Assembly: GCA_038245195.1 (NCBI GenBank)
Contig: JBBRSU010000003.1
Coordinates: forward strand, 8,850 to 72,849
DNA length: 64,000 nucleotides
Direction: 5' to 3'
Source: Candidatus Saccharimonadales bacterium
GTDB lineage: Bacteria > Patescibacteriota > Saccharimonadia > Saccharimonadales > UBA10212
The position numbers and the translations under genes are program-made. Positions 38,341 to 48,366 of the stretch are shown piece after piece; position 1 is the first letter of the stretch; the number at the start of each line of letters is the position of its first letter. Under the pieces are notes generated by a model. It worked only from the letters and a program-made list of their open reading frames with translations. It ran no database searches and was not told the origin of the DNA.

Positions 38341-38713
38341 GGACGAATAGTTGCTGAGCTGAATTTAGCAATACAGCCAGCCCAGAAGTATTTTTGTGCA
38401 GGCAGGCTTTAACGTTAAGCTCGGTTAGGGATTCGTTATATAGCTCAACCTGTTGGCGCAATAGATCTGTGTAGATAATAACCGGGATATCCTGCCAGTC
38501 TGGGTAGCTGCGAAATTCGTACAAAAATTCTACACCACTACGGGCGGCCAGCTGGAGCTCGGTTATGACTAAATTGGGGCGTTTGGCATCGGCACTACTG
38601 ACCGCCGACTGGGGGTCGGAGTGCACAGTAACGCTATGTTCAGCATTTGCAAAATAACTTTTGATGCTGCCGGCGATGAGTGCGTCTGGCTCCAGAAGAA
38701 GAATATGTGCCAT
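38327..38713 (-). CDS. receiver-like (pseudo-receiver) domain protein
   Basis: CheY-like layout (ILLLEPDAL…NLVITELQL…IPVIIYT), but the phospho-acceptor position carries Glu and the acidic pocket is altered. Confidence 0.4.
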   Translation of the reverse strand: MAHILLLEPDALIAGSIKSYFANAEHSVTVHSDPQSAVSSADAKRPNLVITELQLAARSGVEFLYEFRSYPDWQDIPVIIYTDLLRQQVELYNESLTELNVKACLHKNTSGLAVLLNSAQQLFVHAKV

Positions 38714-38714
38714 A

Positions 38715-39401
38715 TCAGATAATTTGAAGTTGTTTGCTGGCCGGTAACATGGTGGCTAGGCCAGGCAGATTATGGTGGGCCGCCGCCCGCAATGGCTGCC
38801 ACATGTTGCTACAAAGCATATCGGCCACTAACACTCCCGCGGCTGCACCAGCGGGTACGGCCGGCAAAGGTTGTCGGGCTTTGCCGACTAAACTTCGGGC
38901 GGCCCGTAAGGTTTTATCGCTTAGACCATGAACACTACTGAAAACTCCGGCAGCAATCACGTTATCTGGTGATCGGTGAGCCCCCAGCACCAGTCTGTAT
39001 GATTTTTTTTCTGACTGGGCAGCTTGGGCCCTGATAATACTGGTGGTAAGAATTTCTAAAGCTGAATTTAGACTGGCATGATGGGCTAAAATTGGTGTCA
39101 AGCGTGACTGAACGCTGACCTCTATGATTGTTTTATATTCCTTGGCATAAGAGCTAAGGTTGTGGGCAATATTTTCCAAAACTGCACCGATGGCCATGGG
39201 TTCCATGGGCAAACTGTGCAAGTCTTCGGCAGAGAGTAGCAATTTATAAGCTTCGATTAGCTGAAGGCCGGTGTCGATGCTAAGTACCGAACTGTGGACG
39301 TGTTGACGGGCAGCAGTTTTAGCAAAGTTATGACTTTGCAAGAGTTCGATAGAGGAGCGGACTTGAAGTAGAGGCAAAGACAAATCGTCGCTTAAGGTCA
39401 T
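38715..39401 (-). CDS. hypothetical protein, possibly a degenerate histidine-kinase-like partner of the adjacent pseudo-receiver
   Basis: Adjacent to and co-directional with the receiver-like gene (2-bp gap). No clean H-box or G-box. Confidence 0.3.
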   Translation of the reverse strand: MTLSDDLSLPLLQVRSSIELLQSHNFAKTAARQHVHSSVLSIDTGLQLIEAYKLLLSAEDLHSLPMEPMAIGAVLENIAHNLSSYAKEYKTIIEVSVQSRLTPILAHHASLNSALEILTTSIIRAQAAQSEKKSYRLVLGAHRSPDNVIAAGVFSSVHGLSDKTLRAARSLVGKARQPLPAVPAGAAAGVLVADMLCSNMWQPLRAAAHHNLPGLATMLPASKQLQII

Positions 39402-39535
39402 TAATAATGCCCTTTGGCGTGCCAGTTCGTTGTGCTCTCTTGCTAACGTGGACTTCTTCAGACTTCTCCCCCTTTATACCCTAAAATTATAGCACCGGAA
39501 AAACCAGATTGAGTGTTGTAAAATGCCCGGAAATA

Positions 39536-40240
39536 TTAGGGGGCGAAACTTAAGCTGGGCAAGATAGTGTTACTGAAGTCGTTAAGGTAATCGTTTGACT
39601 GTGTGGAAATCTGAAGGGTTTTGTCTCGAACTTTTATAGCTAGTAGCGTACCGCGTTGGCTAGCATCGCTGCCATTAATTTGGCCACTAAACAGTGTTCC
39701 CGGCTGAACGTTTGTAACACCATTTAGCTTGGGAGGCAGGAAGGCTTTTGCCGTAACCGTTCCTGAGGCAATCTGTGAACTTAGCTGTTGGATAACTTGG
39801 GAATAATCGGTGGCTAGTAGTTCTAGGCGGAGAGCATAAGCAGTTTTACTCTGAATGCCGGGGACTTCATTAGGGTGAAAGTAAGCATTGATTGGTTCGC
39901 TAGTGTTGGTGGTATCCACATAAGCACTCCAAGTTTTGGGATAATTAAAAGTGATACTGCCATAAGTTGGCGAGCCGTGAAATGACTTATACGGTGATTT
40001 ACTTTGCTCATCGAAGTTGGCTTGAAGTTGAACGGCTTGAGCTTTTTTGGCGTTGTCTACGGCCACGGCAGACTTTTTATCAGAGTTGGTTTTGTAATCT
40101 TGCATTTTCATAAATGCCCAGCCACCGAAAACCAGTGAAGCTATCAAAAGGACTACCAAAACTATGCTTGTAAGAGTTTTTTTGCCACCACCAGAGCCTG
40201 AGTTATACGACACCGGCGAAGCTGGTTGCATAGGATTCAT
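39536..40240 (-). CDS. hypothetical membrane-anchored secreted protein
   Basis: The supplied ORF (to 40357) overlaps the upstream methyltransferase gene. The internal Met at 40240 precedes a Gly-rich segment and a TM helix (LTSIVLVVLLIASLVFGG). Confidence 0.4.
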   Translation of the reverse strand: MNPMQPASPVSYNSGSGGGKKTLTSIVLVVLLIASLVFGGWAFMKMQDYKTNSDKKSAVAVDNAKKAQAVQLQANFDEQSKSPYKSFHGSPTYGSITFNYPKTWSAYVDTTNTSEPINAYFHPNEVPGIQSKTAYALRLELLATDYSQVIQQLSSQIASGTVTAKAFLPPKLNGVTNVQPGTLFSGQINGSDASQRGTLLAIKVRDKTLQISTQSNDYLNDFSNTILPSLSFAP

Positions 40241-40280
40241 ATAGCTTATGTTAAAACAGATTGGCCCGGCTAGCAAGTTG

Positions 40281-40793
40281 TTAGTATTTATAGAGAAAGA
40301 CGCCGTATTTTTCGGCTGTAGGTTTTTTGTTGGGTATTTGAAAAGTGTGGCTAGCAAGTTTGAGCCCAGGCTTAGCTTGAAGTTTTAGCTTAGAGTCTAA
40401 CTTGACCATATATTTGGTGAGCAAAAAAACAAAAATGGCATCGGCTTTAGAGATATCGGCTGGCCAATAGTTAGCACAATGGAGCTGAATATTCTTTCGA
40501 TAACGGCGAGTGCTCAACCAAGCAATCGCAAACATAAAGGGGTTTAACTCATAGCCCACTGCCTTATAGCCACGCCTGGCAGCTACCTTTAGAAACCGAC
40601 CGTCGCCACAGCCTAAATCGTAGACTACCTGGCCTTTTTTTAAATCCAGTAAATCAAAAGCGGCTTGGATGTGAGGTTTTAGGCTTGGCAAATAAGGTGC
40701 CCCAAATAGTAGTACGTAACCATTGGCTAGTATCAATGTAATTCCTAAAGTCAGCAGACCGAATGCCAGCCAACCCCAAATCAGGCTCGACAT
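40281..40793 (-). CDS. class I SAM-dependent methyltransferase with N-terminal membrane anchor
   Basis: Motif I VVYDLGCGDGRFL and post-I acidic residue GYELN. Confidence 0.6.
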   Translation of the reverse strand: MSSLIWGWLAFGLLTLGITLILANGYVLLFGAPYLPSLKPHIQAAFDLLDLKKGQVVYDLGCGDGRFLKVAARRGYKAVGYELNPFMFAIAWLSTRRYRKNIQLHCANYWPADISKADAIFVFLLTKYMVKLDSKLKLQAKPGLKLASHTFQIPNKKPTAEKYGVFLYKY

Positions 40794-40797
40794 CTAC

Positions 40798-41004
40798 TTA
40801 GCCGTCAAACTTAGCCGCGATTCTTTTAACCCTATTCTCAGCAGTTTTTATATAATCTTCCATTTGCTTAAGAAGTTCTAAGGCTTGTTGATACTTATCG
40901 ACTGCTTGGTCTAAATCTAGTTGATCGGTCTCAAACCATTCCACCAATTGGTTGAGCTGGTCGGTCATGGCCTGATAGTTCTTGGGGTTTTTTGGTGATG
41001 CCAT
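40798..41004 (-). CDS. xseB: exodeoxyribonuclease VII small subunit
   Basis: 68-aa helical protein (…QLVEWFETDQLDLDQAVDKYQQALELLKQ…AENRVKRI) immediately downstream of xseA. Confidence 0.75.
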   Translation of the reverse strand: MASPKNPKNYQAMTDQLNQLVEWFETDQLDLDQAVDKYQQALELLKQMEDYIKTAENRVKRIAAKFDG

Positions 41005-41009
41005 AATGA

Positions 41010-42119
41010 TTAGTTGTTTGAAACTGTTGCGCCTATTGTACCATCGGCCAGTTGGATGTTTAACTTATCTCTAGAATTCAAATTTTTGATGGTTTTTATA
41101 GTTTTGCCTCCCTTGCTGACTATGGCGTAGCCTCGCTTTAGGGCCGAATGTGGATCTAAGATATTTAGAAGTTTCTTAGTAGAGATTAGAGAGTTTTGTA
41201 TGTTTTTAAGAAGTAAATCTACTTGACTAGTCAAGTATTCCCTGTTAGTACCGATTTCCTGTCCGTGGTCTTGGAAGTTTCGGGCTAACGAGGTAGCAAT
41301 TAATTGTCTTAGATTATTCAGCTCAGAAATAACCTGGCTCCGATTCGGGGTAATTAGCTGAGCGGCGTTACTAGGCGTACTGGCCCGTAAATCGGCGGCT
41401 AGTTCGGCCAGACTGATATCGATTTCGTGTCCGACAGCCACAACTGTGGGAATTCGGCTAGCGGCCACTGCCCGTACTACCCGCTCATCGCTAAAGGTGG
41501 CTAGGTCTTCGGGACTACCTCCACCCCTGGTAATTACCAAAATATCGACAAGCTTAGGCGAGTTATTAAAGTATTCAATGGCTTTGATGATTTGCGGAGC
41601 CGATTGAGCGCCCTGGACAAAAACGTCGGCCAGCTGTATTTCTACCCCTCCCCAACGCTCGTTTAAAACTTTAATAAAGTCGGCATAGGCAGCTGAGCTA
41701 CCAGCGGTGATTAAGCCCAACTGGTGGGGTACGACTGGTAAGATTCGCTTGCGAGCCGGGTCGAAAAGGCCTTCGGCGGTAAGTTTGGTAGCCAGAAGAT
41801 CGGCGGCTTTTTTGATGGATCCCTCGCCGACTGGCGAGATGGAAGTGGCGTTGATATTAAAGCCAAATCTGGGGTGTAGGCGCGGACTACCCATGACTCT
41901 GATTTTTAAACCGTCTTGCAGCGGCCCCGGCAACATATAAACCGTACCGAAGAATTTAACACTGGCGATATCGTCCTGGAGGTCGAAGTAAACCCAACGA
42001 TTTTTACTGACTCTAAAGTTGGTTAGCTCGCCCTCTATCACAACGCTAGAGTAAGCGAATTCTAAAGTTTGGTTGAGCAGATCTACAAAATCGGCTGGGC
42101 TAAGTACAGGTCCGTCCAT
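41010..42119 (-). CDS. xseA: exodeoxyribonuclease VII large subunit
   Basis: N-terminal OB fold (VVIEGELTNFRVSKNRWVYFDLQDD) and the catalytic and coiled-coil regions typical of XseA. Confidence 0.8.
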   Translation of the reverse strand: MDGPVLSPADFVDLLNQTLEFAYSSVVIEGELTNFRVSKNRWVYFDLQDDIASVKFFGTVYMLPGPLQDGLKIRVMGSPRLHPRFGFNINATSISPVGEGSIKKAADLLATKLTAEGLFDPARKRILPVVPHQLGLITAGSSAAYADFIKVLNERWGGVEIQLADVFVQGAQSAPQIIKAIEYFNNSPKLVDILVITRGGGSPEDLATFSDERVVRAVAASRIPTVVAVGHEIDISLAELAADLRASTPSNAAQLITPNRSQVISELNNLRQLIATSLARNFQDHGQEIGTNREYLTSQVDLLLKNIQNSLISTKKLLNILDPHSALKRGYAIVSKGGKTIKTIKNLNSRDKLNIQLADGTIGATVSNN

Positions 42120-43174
42120 TAGCGCTTCCTATCAGGACCACCGCGCAAGGCTTTTTGATAAAAGTAGTAACCAGGAGTCAGCTGTATGATCATATTCAAA
42201 ACTCGATACATAATTGTAACTGGTATGCTTAGGCCAGCAGCAATGCCAGTGGCGGCTAATACACCGGTCATCAAGCCTTCATAGACACCAATTCCGGCGG
42301 GTAGAACCGAGATCAAGCCAGCAAAATTAGCCACCGCATAAGCCAATATTACCGCCCCAACGTTTACTAAACGGCCAAACGCGATATAAACCACATAAAT
42401 TGCCGCCACTTCGGTAATATTGGCCAGAAGCATATATACCAGCGGCATTTTTAATTCCCGCCAATTTTCTTTAAAAAGTTTATAATTATCATGCAGTTCG
42501 TTAAAGGCATCTTGAGCCAGAGCGATATTAATTGTCTCGGGCTTGCGTTTAACAACACTAAGGAGTTTATTCAATAGTTTAGTTAGAGTAGTCAGGAAGG
42601 TATTAATGCGACTACGGCTTTCAATCATGTAAACGAAGGCAAAAGTGCCTACAACCAGCAAGGTGACAATCGAGCTAGCCACCACCATTATAAGATTGCT
42701 AACGTGGCCACGTATGGCTAGCAGGAACACTCCGGTGATTAGTAGCGGTTGGAAGCTAATGAATAACAGAAGTAGCTTCATTAATTGTCCGAGTGTGGCT
42801 TTAGGGCCACTGACTCCAAAGGCCCGCATTCTGACAGTAAAGTACGAAATCCCGCTAACTCCACCACTAGGCAAAATATGATTCACAAAATTCAGCTCTA
42901 GATTCAGCTTATACATGTCCTTGTATTCCACTTTATTGCCTAAAATTTTAAACAAGCTGATGTACAAGCGAGTGTAAGCATCGTAGTTTATGGCCTCGAT
43001 AGGAATTAGCAATAACAATGCTACGGCATTAACTTTACCGAGATTATCTAGCACCCCGCCAATGTCCTTCCGGACGCCATAAATCAAGACAACCAGAGCA
43101 ATAAACGTAACCGCAGTTAGAGCCATTCGCCATTTGGAGCGTTTGATGCGGGTACCTTCTACGTGAGTTTCCAT
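42119..43174 (-). CDS. UPF0104 / flippase-like (LPG-synthase TM-type) membrane protein
   Basis: Multi-TM protein with the conserved …VLPAGIGVYEGLMTGVL… motif (PxGxGxxE) of the family. Confidence 0.5.
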   Translation of the reverse strand: METHVEGTRIKRSKWRMALTAVTFIALVVLIYGVRKDIGGVLDNLGKVNAVALLLLIPIEAINYDAYTRLYISLFKILGNKVEYKDMYKLNLELNFVNHILPSGGVSGISYFTVRMRAFGVSGPKATLGQLMKLLLLFISFQPLLITGVFLLAIRGHVSNLIMVVASSIVTLLVVGTFAFVYMIESRSRINTFLTTLTKLLNKLLSVVKRKPETINIALAQDAFNELHDNYKLFKENWRELKMPLVYMLLANITEVAAIYVVYIAFGRLVNVGAVILAYAVANFAGLISVLPAGIGVYEGLMTGVLAATGIAAGLSIPVTIMYRVLNMIIQLTPGYYFYQKALRGGPDRKR

Positions 43175-43202
43175 TTCTATTTGATTATACTAGAGTTCAG
43201 CT

Positions 43203-44408
43203 ATGAGTTTATTTGAAGCAAAAACCATTTGTATTTTAGGCCGACAACCAGAGCTAGGCTTAGCTGAATTAGAGAGTATCTATGGAGCAGACCACTTAAT
43301 GCCAATCGGTAATCAAGTCCTGCTTGATATACCGGCAGACTACATTAACTTCAGTCAGCTGGGTGGCACAATTAAGACCGCTCGCATACTGGATATCATT
43401 GATACCAACCAATGGTCAAAGTTAGCTAATTATTTGATAGAAAAAGTGCCGCCATACGTAAAAGATTTAGACGAAGGCAAATTTACCTTAGGTTTGAGTT
43501 TATACGGCTTAAATGTGCCAATAAAACAGATTGAGGCCTGCTTATTGGAGATTAAAAAACAGATTAAAAAATCAGGCCGTCCGGTACGAATTGTGCCTAA
43601 CAAAGCATCCGAACTTAATAGCGCCCAGGTTTTACATAACAAATTAACTCATAAGGGGGCCTGGGAGCTGTTATTTATCAAGAATGGCGACAAGACCTAC
43701 TTAGCTCAAACTTTGTTTGTGCAGGATATTGAGGCTTACGCCGGCCGTGACCAAGCCCGGCCGGCCCGCGATAGCCGAGTGGGAATGTTGCCGCCCAAAT
43801 TAGCTCAAATTATGGTTAATCTTGCAATTGGCCAGTTCAGCCAAGCCGGTGTCACTCCAGAAAATATCAAATTATTAGACCCTTTTTGTGGCACCGGTGT
43901 AATCCTACAAGAGGCATTATTAATGGGCTACAGTGTGATAGGCAGTGATATAGACGAGCGGATGGTTGAATACAGTCAACGAAATATAAGATGGTTATTT
44001 GAGAAATATTCAAAACTTGAAGCTAGCGTAGACATTGAAACAGCTGATGCCACCAGTTTTACTTGGCCCGGTTTTAGTAGCTTAGCCAGTGAAGTATATC
44101 TGGGTCGCCCGCTAAACTCCCTGCCACCACATGATAAGCTCAAAGAAATAGTTAGCGATACAGATTTAATTATCAGAAAGTTCTTAAAAAATCTGGCACC
44201 CCAGCTAAAATCTGGCCAAGCTTTGTGTTTGGCGGTACCAGCTTGGCGTAAGCCCAATGGTGAGCTGATACAATTGCCACTACTTGCTAAATTAACAGAT
44301 ATGGGCTACACTTATTGGGACTTAAAACACGTGCCATTAGAACAGCTAGTTTACTTTAGAGAAAACCAAGTTGTGGCCCGCAGGTTATTAAGACTAAAAA
44401 AGACATAG
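43203..44408 (+). CDS. putative RNA (guanine-N2) methyltransferase, UPF0020 / Trm14-RlmL-like
   Basis: …RVGMLPPKLAQIMVNLA… and the DPFCGTGVILQEA motif (N-methyltransferase motif I/IV arrangement). Confidence 0.55.
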   Translation: MSLFEAKTICILGRQPELGLAELESIYGADHLMPIGNQVLLDIPADYINFSQLGGTIKTARILDIIDTNQWSKLANYLIEKVPPYVKDLDEGKFTLGLSLYGLNVPIKQIEACLLEIKKQIKKSGRPVRIVPNKASELNSAQVLHNKLTHKGAWELLFIKNGDKTYLAQTLFVQDIEAYAGRDQARPARDSRVGMLPPKLAQIMVNLAIGQFSQAGVTPENIKLLDPFCGTGVILQEALLMGYSVIGSDIDERMVEYSQRNIRWLFEKYSKLEASVDIETADATSFTWPGFSSLASEVYLGRPLNSLPPHDKLKEIVSDTDLIIRKFLKNLAPQLKSGQALCLAVPAWRKPNGELIQLPLLAKLTDMGYTYWDLKHVPLEQLVYFRENQVVARRLLRLKKT

Positions 44409-44423
44409 GAATTATTCACACAC

Positions 44424-44696
44424 ATGAGTCATGTAAAAGCTGGCGGTACAGCAAAAAATAACCGAGACAGCCAAGGCCAACGCCTTGGTGTTAAAGTATG
44501 GGGCGGCCAAAAGGTTAAAGCCGGTGATATTATTATTAGACAAGTTGGCCAGAATAAACGCTCGGGGGCTGGTACATTTATATCACGCAATTTTACGATT
44601 CACGCTGCTAAAGACGGAGTTGTGGCCTTTAACGAACGCCGAGTCCGAAAATTCAGCGGCCGTTCAGTACCCCGCACCGAAGTCACCGTCGAATAA
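44424..44696 (+). CDS. rpmA: 50S ribosomal protein L27
   Basis: MSHVKAGGTAKNNRDSQGQRLGVKVWGGQKVKAGDIIIRQVG… matches the L27 family. No rplU adjacent. Confidence 0.8.
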   Translation: MSHVKAGGTAKNNRDSQGQRLGVKVWGGQKVKAGDIIIRQVGQNKRSGAGTFISRNFTIHAAKDGVVAFNERRVRKFSGRSVPRTEVTVE

Positions 44697-44697
44697 T

Positions 44698-45318
44698 TTA
44701 GCTACCGAATTTTGTTATTTTTGGAGCTTCTATTTCGGTTACTGAGTCCAAGTAACCTTCTGGAGCCTGTGTCGCTCCAATAAAAATCAATTGCTCGTCC
44801 CTTATATGTACTGCCAGCTGACGCCTTGACACACTCCTGTAAAACAAATGAACGTTTTGCTCTAGAGGTCGAAACGACCCTAGATCGTACCATTGGATAG
44901 AGCTTTCCCGGCCGATTGTCGAGGGATGAGTCTCTGGTATAAATCCGATTGCTCCTAGCTGTGTTTCGTCGGGCGGCCTTACCACCACCACTCTCGATGT
45001 ACTGCGCTCTTTAAGGGCGTTTTTCACCAGTCTCTTGTAGTCTGAATCATCGACTAATTGGATCGAGTAAAAGTCTAATTCTTGGGACGGAAAAGCTTCT
45101 TCACCCGGGCTTCCTTTAGTACCGCCCAGCTTAAGTTTAGCCACTAGTTCCCCGCCCATGTATTCTAGACGTCTGCCATTATGAAGCGGAACCGCTACGA
45201 CATTGTTATAGCCTATTGTCTCGTGTAATAAAGTTGGACTATCTTGTTCTTGGGCACTACCATGTTCCGAATTATTCACATCGATTGTAGGTTCCTGAGT
45301 TGATAAATCTTCGCCCAT
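44698..45318 (-). CDS. hypothetical protein
   Basis: 206-aa ORF with an acidic N-terminus and no recognisable motif. Its stop abuts the rpmA stop, convergent. Confidence 0.4.
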   Translation of the reverse strand: MGEDLSTQEPTIDVNNSEHGSAQEQDSPTLLHETIGYNNVVAVPLHNGRRLEYMGGELVAKLKLGGTKGSPGEEAFPSQELDFYSIQLVDDSDYKRLVKNALKERSTSRVVVVRPPDETQLGAIGFIPETHPSTIGRESSIQWYDLGSFRPLEQNVHLFYRSVSRRQLAVHIRDEQLIFIGATQAPEGYLDSVTEIEAPKITKFGS

Positions 45319-45354
45319 TTTTTTGTTTCCTATTTATAAAATATGAATAACAGG

Positions 45355-46971
45355 TTAGCCTTTTTTGGCAAGGGCGGCTTTTATGAAAGCCATGTATAGC
45401 GGATGTGGGCGGTTAGGTCGGCTCCGGAATTCGGGGTGGGCTTGGGTGCCCACAAAAAATGGGTGACCAAGAGCCTCTACCATTTCCACCAACTTGCCAT
45501 CTGGTGAAGTACCGCTAATCTTTAGGCCCCAAGCTTGGTATTGATCGCGGTATTTATTGTTGGCTTCGTAGCGGTGCCGGTGGCGCTCCACAATTTCGGC
45601 CTGGCCATAAACTTTTCGGGCAATTGTACCCCGCTCTAGGGCACAAGCCCAATCGCCTAAACGCATAGTTCCACCGGTGTTTTCCTTGCCAACTTGCTCG
45701 GCCATGGTGCTAATTACCGGGTCTTGGGTTTGGCTATTAAATTCGGTGGAGTTGGCTTTGGCCAGCCCGGCCCGCCGGGCCATAGCAATTATCGAGACTT
45801 GCATGCCCAGGCAAATGCCTAAGTAAGGAATTCTATTCTCATAAGCATAAGTGGCAGCCCAAATTTTGCCTTCGGAACCACGACTACCAAAACCTGGTAA
45901 ACCAACAATGCCGTCTATATCAGCTAGTTGAGTGCGATATTTTTTGTCTTTTTCTAAGGCTTCGGCGTCAATCCAGCTAATATCCACATTAACGTCGTTA
46001 GCCCAGCCAGAGGCTCTAAGAGCTTCGGTGAGAGACATATAGGTATCTTGGTTATCGAGGTATTTGGCGATGACCCCAATTTTAACGTTTTTACGATATT
46101 TAGTCAGAGCACTTTTGACCATCCGATTCCAGGACGTTAAGTTAGCAGTTTGAGCCCGAACTCCCAACCGACCGGTAATCACGTTACCGATACCACTATC
46201 TTCTAGTGTCAGGGGAACTTGGTAGATAGTTTGAGCATTAGGCAGTAGCACCAGGGCCCGTTGGTCAACCCCAGAAAACAAACTCAGCTTTGTTAGGATT
46301 GATTTAGGCGGTTTAACTTCTGAGCGAACTACTAGCACATCTGGCACTATGCCCAGGCCTCGCAGTTCCCGTACGGCATTTTGAGCCGGTTTAGTTTTGA
46401 ACTCTCCACTAGCACCTAAGTACGGTACGTAGACAACGTGCACAAACAGGCAATCCTCGGATGGTAATTTCATAGATAGCTCGCGGATAGCTTCTATAAA
46501 ACTCAGGGACTCGTAATCGCCGACGGTACCGCCAACTTCGGCAATGTGAATGTCAAAACCTTTGCCAGTTTTGACGATAGTTTCCTGAATATGATTAGTA
46601 ACGTGTGGAATAATTTGGACGGTTTTCCCGAGGTATTTACCAGCTCGCTCGGCTTCGATTACCTCCCGCAAGATTCGCCCGGACATCATGCTGCTGGGCT
46701 GGGTTAACTCGATATCCAAAAATCGCTCGTAGTGACCAAGGTCTAAATCGGTCTCGGCACCGTCGCGGGTTACAAAGCACTCGCCGTGCTCGGAGGGGTT
46801 AAGTGTACCGGCATCGACATTTAAATAAGGGTCGCACTTTTGAATGTTTACGGATAAGCCACGGGCTTTCAAGATAGTGCCGATAGAAGCAGCGGTGATG
46901 CCCTTGCCAACGCCAGATAGCACGCCGCCGGTTACAAACACATACTTGGTATTAGCCCTGGCTCTAGCCAC
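45355..46971 (-). CDS. pyrG: CTP synthase
   Basis: KYVFVTGGVLSGVGKG synthetase P-loop. C-terminal class I glutamine amidotransferase (GICLGMQ…HRHRYE). Probable GTG start. Confidence 0.9.
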   Translation of the reverse strand: MARARANTKYVFVTGGVLSGVGKGITAASIGTILKARGLSVNIQKCDPYLNVDAGTLNPSEHGECFVTRDGAETDLDLGHYERFLDIELTQPSSMMSGRILREVIEAERAGKYLGKTVQIIPHVTNHIQETIVKTGKGFDIHIAEVGGTVGDYESLSFIEAIRELSMKLPSEDCLFVHVVYVPYLGASGEFKTKPAQNAVRELRGLGIVPDVLVVRSEVKPPKSILTKLSLFSGVDQRALVLLPNAQTIYQVPLTLEDSGIGNVITGRLGVRAQTANLTSWNRMVKSALTKYRKNVKIGVIAKYLDNQDTYMSLTEALRASGWANDVNVDISWIDAEALEKDKKYRTQLADIDGIVGLPGFGSRGSEGKIWAATYAYENRIPYLGICLGMQVSIIAMARRAGLAKANSTEFNSQTQDPVISTMAEQVGKENTGGTMRLGDWACALERGTIARKVYGQAEIVERHRHRYEANNKYRDQYQAWGLKISGTSPDGKLVEMVEALGHPFFVGTQAHPEFRSRPNRPHPLYMAFIKAALAKKG

Positions 46972-47076
46972 TGCTTACTCGTGCTCCCTCTTAAATTAAC
47001 TGCTTAAAATATAACATAGAAAGGATGACTGATATAGAGATCTTGGCTCTAAAAATACTTGACTTGTTAAGTATTC

Positions 47077-48303
47077 TTAGAACTTAGCCTGTAGTAATTC
47101 GTAGGCCTTGTCTTTTTGGGAATCTTTGCCGGCCTGAATGTCGGCATCAGAGTTACTGACCGTAACATCTGGGGTAATCCCCTGTTTATCGATGTTTTTA
47201 CCATTAGGTGTGTACCAACGAGCAATGGTGATTTTGAGCTCTGAACCATCTGGCAAGTTTTCGACTTGCTGAACACTGCCCTTCCCGAAACTTTTTTCGC
47301 CGATTAACTGGGCGATGCCATTGTCGTGCAAGGCCCCAGCAGTGATTTCGCTAGCACTGGCGCTGCCGGCATCGATTAATACAACCGTTGGTAAGCCTTT
47401 TAGTAAATTTCCGCCACTGGCATATTCGGTACTAACTACGGTGGTGCCACGGCGTTCTGAAACAACTGTCTTGCCTTTGTCTAGCCATAAGCTGGAGACA
47501 CTAACGGCTCCATTTAAGTAACCACCGGGGTCGCCGCGTAAATCTAGCACCACGGCCTTAACATTTTTGGCTTTAAATTCTTGGGCGGCTTTAGTGGCCA
47601 GCTCGACGGTGTCGTTACTGAATTGGCTGATTTTGAGATAGCCGATGTCGCCGTCTTCTTGATATTTAACACTCGGAATTGTGATTTTTTCGCGAGTGAT
47701 GGTTACATCGAATGGTTTGTCGCTACCCCGGACAACCGTTAGCGTAACTTTGGTGCCGGCTTGGCCACGAATTTTACTAACCACCGCATCGACACTCATG
47801 CCCTGGGTAATTTTGGTATCGACGGCGGCAATGATGTCTTTGGGTTTCAGGCCGGCTTTGGCGGCCGGATAACCTGAGAGTGGTGAGACGATTACAATAT
47901 TATTTTGGTCGTTAGTGCCTAGCTCGGCACCGATGCCGGTAATGGTGCCACTAAGCGCGTTATTAAAGGTTTTTGCGTCGGTAGTATTGAAATACTCGGT
48001 GTAAGGATCACCGGCGGCGTTAACTAGGCCGGTTTTAAGCCCATCGGTTAGTTTTTTCTGATCTAGATTACCATCAAAATCGTTTTTTAGGATTGAATAA
48101 ACCGAATCGACTGACGAGTAATCCAGCGGGCTTGAGCTCGTGCCGCTGATCTGTTTTGATTCCCAAATCCGAATGTTTCCTCGGCCAACCGCCATGCCAG
48201 TTCCAAAGATCACAGCTACCAGCACTAGGCTGGCGATAATTTTTTTAAATGACCAGCGCCGATGGCCGGACTCAACATAATGCTCCTCAGGTTCTGAATG
48301 CAC
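47077..48303 (-). CDS. ctpA: S41 carboxyl-terminal processing protease with PDZ domain
   Basis: TM anchor, PDZ segment, VLDLRGDPGGYL and catalytic ASASEITAGAL…GEKSFGKG motifs. Confidence 0.85.
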   Translation of the reverse strand: MHSEPEEHYVESGHRRWSFKKIIASLVLVAVIFGTGMAVGRGNIRIWESKQISGTSSSPLDYSSVDSVYSILKNDFDGNLDQKKLTDGLKTGLVNAAGDPYTEYFNTTDAKTFNNALSGTITGIGAELGTNDQNNIVIVSPLSGYPAAKAGLKPKDIIAAVDTKITQGMSVDAVVSKIRGQAGTKVTLTVVRGSDKPFDVTITREKITIPSVKYQEDGDIGYLKISQFSNDTVELATKAAQEFKAKNVKAVVLDLRGDPGGYLNGAVSVSSLWLDKGKTVVSERRGTTVVSTEYASGGNLLKGLPTVVLIDAGSASASEITAGALHDNGIAQLIGEKSFGKGSVQQVENLPDGSELKITIARWYTPNGKNIDKQGITPDVTVSNSDADIQAGKDSQKDKAYELLQAKF

Positions 48304-48366
48304 CCTTAAATCCCCTCTTTGTTATTAACATTAACACTTATTATAGCTTATGGTTTGAACAGATTT

